Shown piece after piece: positions 61,081 through 64,000 of a stretch of DNA of 64,000 bases. The stretch lies in NCBI GenBank assembly GCA_033762075.1, contig JANRLY010000040.1, positions 17,372-81,371 of the forward strand. The letters run 5' to 3'. Under the pieces are notes generated by a model. The model made no database searches. It was not told where the DNA came from and saw only the letters and a program-made list of their open reading frames with translations. Every line of letters starts with the position of its first letter. Position 1 is the first letter of the stretch. Position numbers and translations under genes: made by a program. This DNA comes from Gammaproteobacteria bacterium. GTDB taxonomy: Bacteria; Pseudomonadota; Gammaproteobacteria; DSM-16500.

Positions 61081-63653
61081 TGGAGCAAACTGAACCTCAC
61101 TATACTAATCTCCCGATTAATGTTTTTTTTCGATCGCTTGCGATGTATAAAGGAGGAAGTGCTGCAGCGATCATTTTGTCAGGCACTGGCACTGATGGCT
61201 CGATAGGGGCGCGTGACATTAAATTAAACCGTGGTATGGTGATCGCGCAAGAGCCTGCATCTGCAAAATTTGATCAAATGCCAGTCAGTGCGATTAATAC
61301 TGGCGTTGTCGATTTTGTTTTACCGCCTGAGGAGATGTCACGTCAACTCACGCGGTGGTTGAAGAAAATTGATATGGATGACAGTAAAAATTCATCTGAG
61401 CTTCAACATATTTTTATGATCGTACGTGCCAAAACAGGCTATGATTTTTCTTGTTATAAGTTGAATACAATCCATCGGCGCATAGAAAAACAAATGTACA
61501 TACATCATCTCACTAGCATGTCGGATTATGTGAAAGTGCTTAGAGATAGCCCGCAGGAAGTTAATATATTATTCAAGAGCTTTCTAATTGGTGTTACTCG
61601 TTTTTTTAGAGATTCAGAAGCATTCGACGTATTTAAACAGACGGCACTGCCTGAGATATTCAACAAAAAGCCACCGGATTATTGTATTCGTGTATGGGTG
61701 CCGGGTTGCTCAACGGGGGAAGAAGTTTATTCAATCGCCATTGCTATTAATGAATACATGGAAGAAACGCAAAACCATTGCTGTGTTCAGATTTTTGGCA
61801 CAGATATTGACCGTGATGCGCTCAGTGTGGCGCGTAGTGGTATTTATTCAGACATTATTGAGCATGATGTGAGTTCAGGACGATTGAAACGATATTTTAC
61901 GAAAGAAAAAAATAAATACAAAATCAACAAAGAAATTCGTAGCATGGTCGTGTTTGGTGAGCAGAATCTCATTAAGGATCCTCCTTTTACGAAAGTTGAT
62001 ATTATTTCCTGTCGAAATTTATTGATATATCTCAACATAGCATTACAAAAAAAAATATTACCTATCTTTCATTACAGCTTAAAACCGCAAGGCGTTTTGT
62101 TTTTGGGAATGTCAGAATCCGTCGCGGGTTATTCAGATCTTTTTGAATTAATTAGCAAGAAGGCAAAACTATTCGAAAGAAAAAACACAATTTCGCAGAA
62201 ACAGGCTATAAAAAATTTTCCTGATTTATCTCAGCATCATGAAAGTACATTAAGTGACAGCGATAAAGTGAACATAAATAGCGCTAAACCAGAGAACAAT
62301 TTCATGTTAAAAAAATATTTACTTAATAAATTTGTGCCTCCCTGTATGCTTGTAAACAAGCAAGGAGATATTTTATATATTCATGAAAAACTCAAAAAAT
62401 ATATTAATGTACCCTCTGTGTTAGATGATTTAAATATTACAGATGTCATGCATCATAACATCAAGAATATTTTAAAATCAGCCATTATGGCTGCAAGTTC
62501 AAAGAAGAAAGAAATGACTTATCATGATTTGGTCATTAAACATCATAATCATATTTATACCATTAACTTAAAAGTTCTTTTTGTAAATGAGCCAGGATCA
62601 TTACACAATATGTTGTTAGTGATTTTTGAAGAAGAATCCATACAAGATGCTAAAATAATTCGAAAGACTGTAAAAGAAATCCCGGCTAATAAAAAAGATA
62701 AAATCATTCTTGAATTAAAAACTAATTTGCGTCATACAACTGAGAATTTACAAGCCACTGTTGAAGAGCTTGAATCAAGCAATGAAGAACTTCAATCAAT
62801 GAATGAAGAATTGCAAAGTACCAACGAAGAAATTGAAACTTCTAAAGAAGAACTAAATTCATTAAATGAAGAGCTTGTGATCATGAACACAGAGCTTCAA
62901 AGCCGAATTGACAAATTAGCAACAGTACATGATGATATGTCAAACCTGTATAATAGTACTGAAGTGGCCACCTTTTTTCTGGATAATAATCTTTGTATTA
63001 AGGGATTTACGCCTAAAGCACAAGAATTTATTCATCTTATCCCAGCAGATATTGGTCGCTCGATTGCCCACTTCGCTACTACAATTAAATATGAAAAATT
63101 GATTGATGATGCAGAAGAAGTCTTAAGAACACTTAATCAAAAAACAGTAGAAGTGCAAAGCAAGACAGATCGATGGTTCCTGGTTCGTATATTACCTTAC
63201 CGGACCTTGTCTAACATGATAGACGGGGTGGTTGTTACGCTCACTGATATTACTGAGCATAAGGAAACAGAGAAAAAACTAAGTCATCTCAATAAAATAT
63301 TAGAGAATGCACTGACATGCTGGAAAAATATATTAGATGCTCTCATGGTGCCATCATTGGTGTTAACAGTGGATTTAAAAATTGTTTCTGCAAATCGTGC
63401 GTTCTACAAAAATTTCCATTTATTACCTGAAGATGTTATAGATAAAAAGATTTATGATGTCAAAGAATTTAGCATTCCGATGATACGGGATACACTAGAA
63501 AAAATTTACCCAGAAGGTAATTTGTTTGAAGGATTCGAAATTGAAACAGACTATCCAGGCGATAGTTATCAAAAAATCATAATTAATGCGCGTAAAATTT
63601 ACAATGCTGAATTTGGTGACGACATGATCTTGCTTGCGATGGAGTTAAAATGA
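61080..63653 (+). CDS. CheB (C-terminal half)-CheR methyltransferase-coiled coil-PAS multidomain protein
   Basis: It has PINVFFRSLA...ILSGTGTDGS (the rest of the CheB domain) and the CheR SAM-binding motif IRVWVPGCSTGEEVYSIAI. It also has the LQATVEELESSNEELQSMNEELQSTNEE coiled coil and PAS-like C-terminal domains. Confidence 0.8.
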   Translation: MEQTEPHYTNLPINVFFRSLAMYKGGSAAAIILSGTGTDGSIGARDIKLNRGMVIAQEPASAKFDQMPVSAINTGVVDFVLPPEEMSRQLTRWLKKIDMDDSKNSSELQHIFMIVRAKTGYDFSCYKLNTIHRRIEKQMYIHHLTSMSDYVKVLRDSPQEVNILFKSFLIGVTRFFRDSEAFDVFKQTALPEIFNKKPPDYCIRVWVPGCSTGEEVYSIAIAINEYMEETQNHCCVQIFGTDIDRDALSVARSGIYSDIIEHDVSSGRLKRYFTKEKNKYKINKEIRSMVVFGEQNLIKDPPFTKVDIISCRNLLIYLNIALQKKILPIFHYSLKPQGVLFLGMSESVAGYSDLFELISKKAKLFERKNTISQKQAIKNFPDLSQHHESTLSDSDKVNINSAKPENNFMLKKYLLNKFVPPCMLVNKQGDILYIHEKLKKYINVPSVLDDLNITDVMHHNIKNILKSAIMAASSKKKEMTYHDLVIKHHNHIYTINLKVLFVNEPGSLHNMLLVIFEEESIQDAKIIRKTVKEIPANKKDKIILELKTNLRHTTENLQATVEELESSNEELQSMNEELQSTNEEIETSKEELNSLNEELVIMNTELQSRIDKLATVHDDMSNLYNSTEVATFFLDNNLCIKGFTPKAQEFIHLIPADIGRSIAHFATTIKYEKLIDDAEEVLRTLNQKTVEVQSKTDRWFLVRILPYRTLSNMIDGVVVTLTDITEHKETEKKLSHLNKILENALTCWKNILDALMVPSLVLTVDLKIVSANRAFYKNFHLLPEDVIDKKIYDVKEFSIPMIRDTLEKIYPEGNLFEGFEIETDYPGDSYQKIIINARKIYNAEFGDDMILLAMELK

Positions 63654-64000
63654 TGGATGAAGCACTTGATGATTTGCGTAAGCGCGCTGAATCTCTTCTA
63701 CGTGAACGCAGGAAGAATACATCGCCCAGTCAAGACGTTTATCAAATTGTCGAAGACTTAAATCTTTATCAAATAGAACTTGAAATTCAAAACGAAGATT
63801 TAATTAAGACACAGTTAGAGTTGCAAGGTTCACATAATAAATATGCTGATTTGTACAACTTGGCGCCCATCGCGTATTTCACTTTAAACAAGGATGGTTT
63901 AATTGTTGATGTCAATCAATCGGGGTTGGATTTATTTGGCATGAAAAAAAGCATGCTCATTAACCGATGTTTTTCGCGATATATTGTGCCAGAGTTTCAA
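63650..64000 (+). CDS. PAS-domain sensor protein, 5' partial (runs off the window)
   Basis: The ATG at 63650 overlaps the previous stop as ATGA. The frame is open to the window end. The coiled-coil segment LELEIQNEDLIKTQLEL is followed by a PAS start, LAPIAYFTLNKDGLIVDVN. Confidence 0.6.
   Translation, partial: MMDEALDDLRKRAESLLRERRKNTSPSQDVYQIVEDLNLYQIELEIQNEDLIKTQLELQGSHNKYADLYNLAPIAYFTLNKDGLIVDVNQSGLDLFGMKKSMLINRCFSRYIVPEFQ

Noticed and set aside
1520-62038. Many 60-120-aa ORFs in the track that lie antisense to, or out of frame within, large well-supported genes. Examples are 1520-1759, 2017-2370, 3104-3418, 5433-5672, 5740-5955, 6098-6472, 8757-9032, 9712-9984, 19543-19887, 28772-29041, 37733-38011, 41894-42202, 44846-45160, 57013-57228 and 61844-62038.
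   Set aside because: They are fully embedded in genes with strong family signatures. They lack ribosome-binding sites on inspection, and their products are low-complexity or odd in composition. I treat them as chance ORFs.
1-64000. A search by eye for CRISPR arrays, IS elements or transposases, reverse transcriptase (DGR or retron), tRNA genes inside the prophage, and known multi-gene defence systems.
   Set aside because: No regularly spaced direct repeats were found, apart from the coding repeats at 5242-5307 and 25792-25926. No DDE or HUH transposase, RT, Cas, or recognisable defence-gene signatures appear among the ORFs. Absence is based on visual inspection only.

Overview
This is an AT-rich gammaproteobacterial chromosome segment. 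The gene order smpB/ratA/rnfH/bamE/fur plus AddAB-type repair genes looks Legionellales-like, but the taxon is inference only.

The dominant feature is a ~47 kb integrative element (118-47102) inserted in the 3' end of the tmRNA gene ssrA (minus strand, 47073-47481). It is bounded by a perfect 33-bp direct repeat. The element has three parts:

- (a) A CDF metal transporter gene without a cytoplasmic C-terminal domain (308-901).
- (b) A ~28.6 kb temperate tailed-phage genome (898-29489). It holds an int-xis-exonuclease-SSB leftward operon, a 32-bp palindromic operator and a Cro/YdaS-like regulator. An O/DnaD-like replication initiator with in-gene iterons follows, then a Q-like antiterminator with a late promoter and terminators. 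The lysis cassette has an XhlA-like protein, a GH108 endolysin and a 3-TM holin. The late region continues with a ParB-DNA methyltransferase, a lambda-like Nu1/gpA terminase, gpW, portal and an S49 protease with a nested scaffold. It ends with a Mu gpT-like capsid and an RcGTA-like tail module with a -1 frameshifted chaperone.
- (c) A ~17 kb heavy-metal efflux block (29549-46775). It holds a TorF-type porin, three DUF4156 lipoproteins, a P1B ATPase, CzcD and czcCBA. It also holds a rewired cus operon: cusC, a small metal-binding minigene, cusB fused to a CusF domain, and cusA. The block has no regulator or recombinase of its own.

To the right of ssrA is core genome:

- an uncharacterised secreted 509-aa protein, smpB, ratA, rnfH, bamE and fur
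- a membrane GGDEF protein and the AddA/AddB-like pair
- an OmpR/QseC-type two-component system
- a split CheB-CheR-PAS protein and a partial PAS sensor

No CRISPR array, rRNA, tRNA, transposase or reverse transcriptase was seen. All family calls come from motif recognition by eye. No database search, fold prediction or statistics were run.
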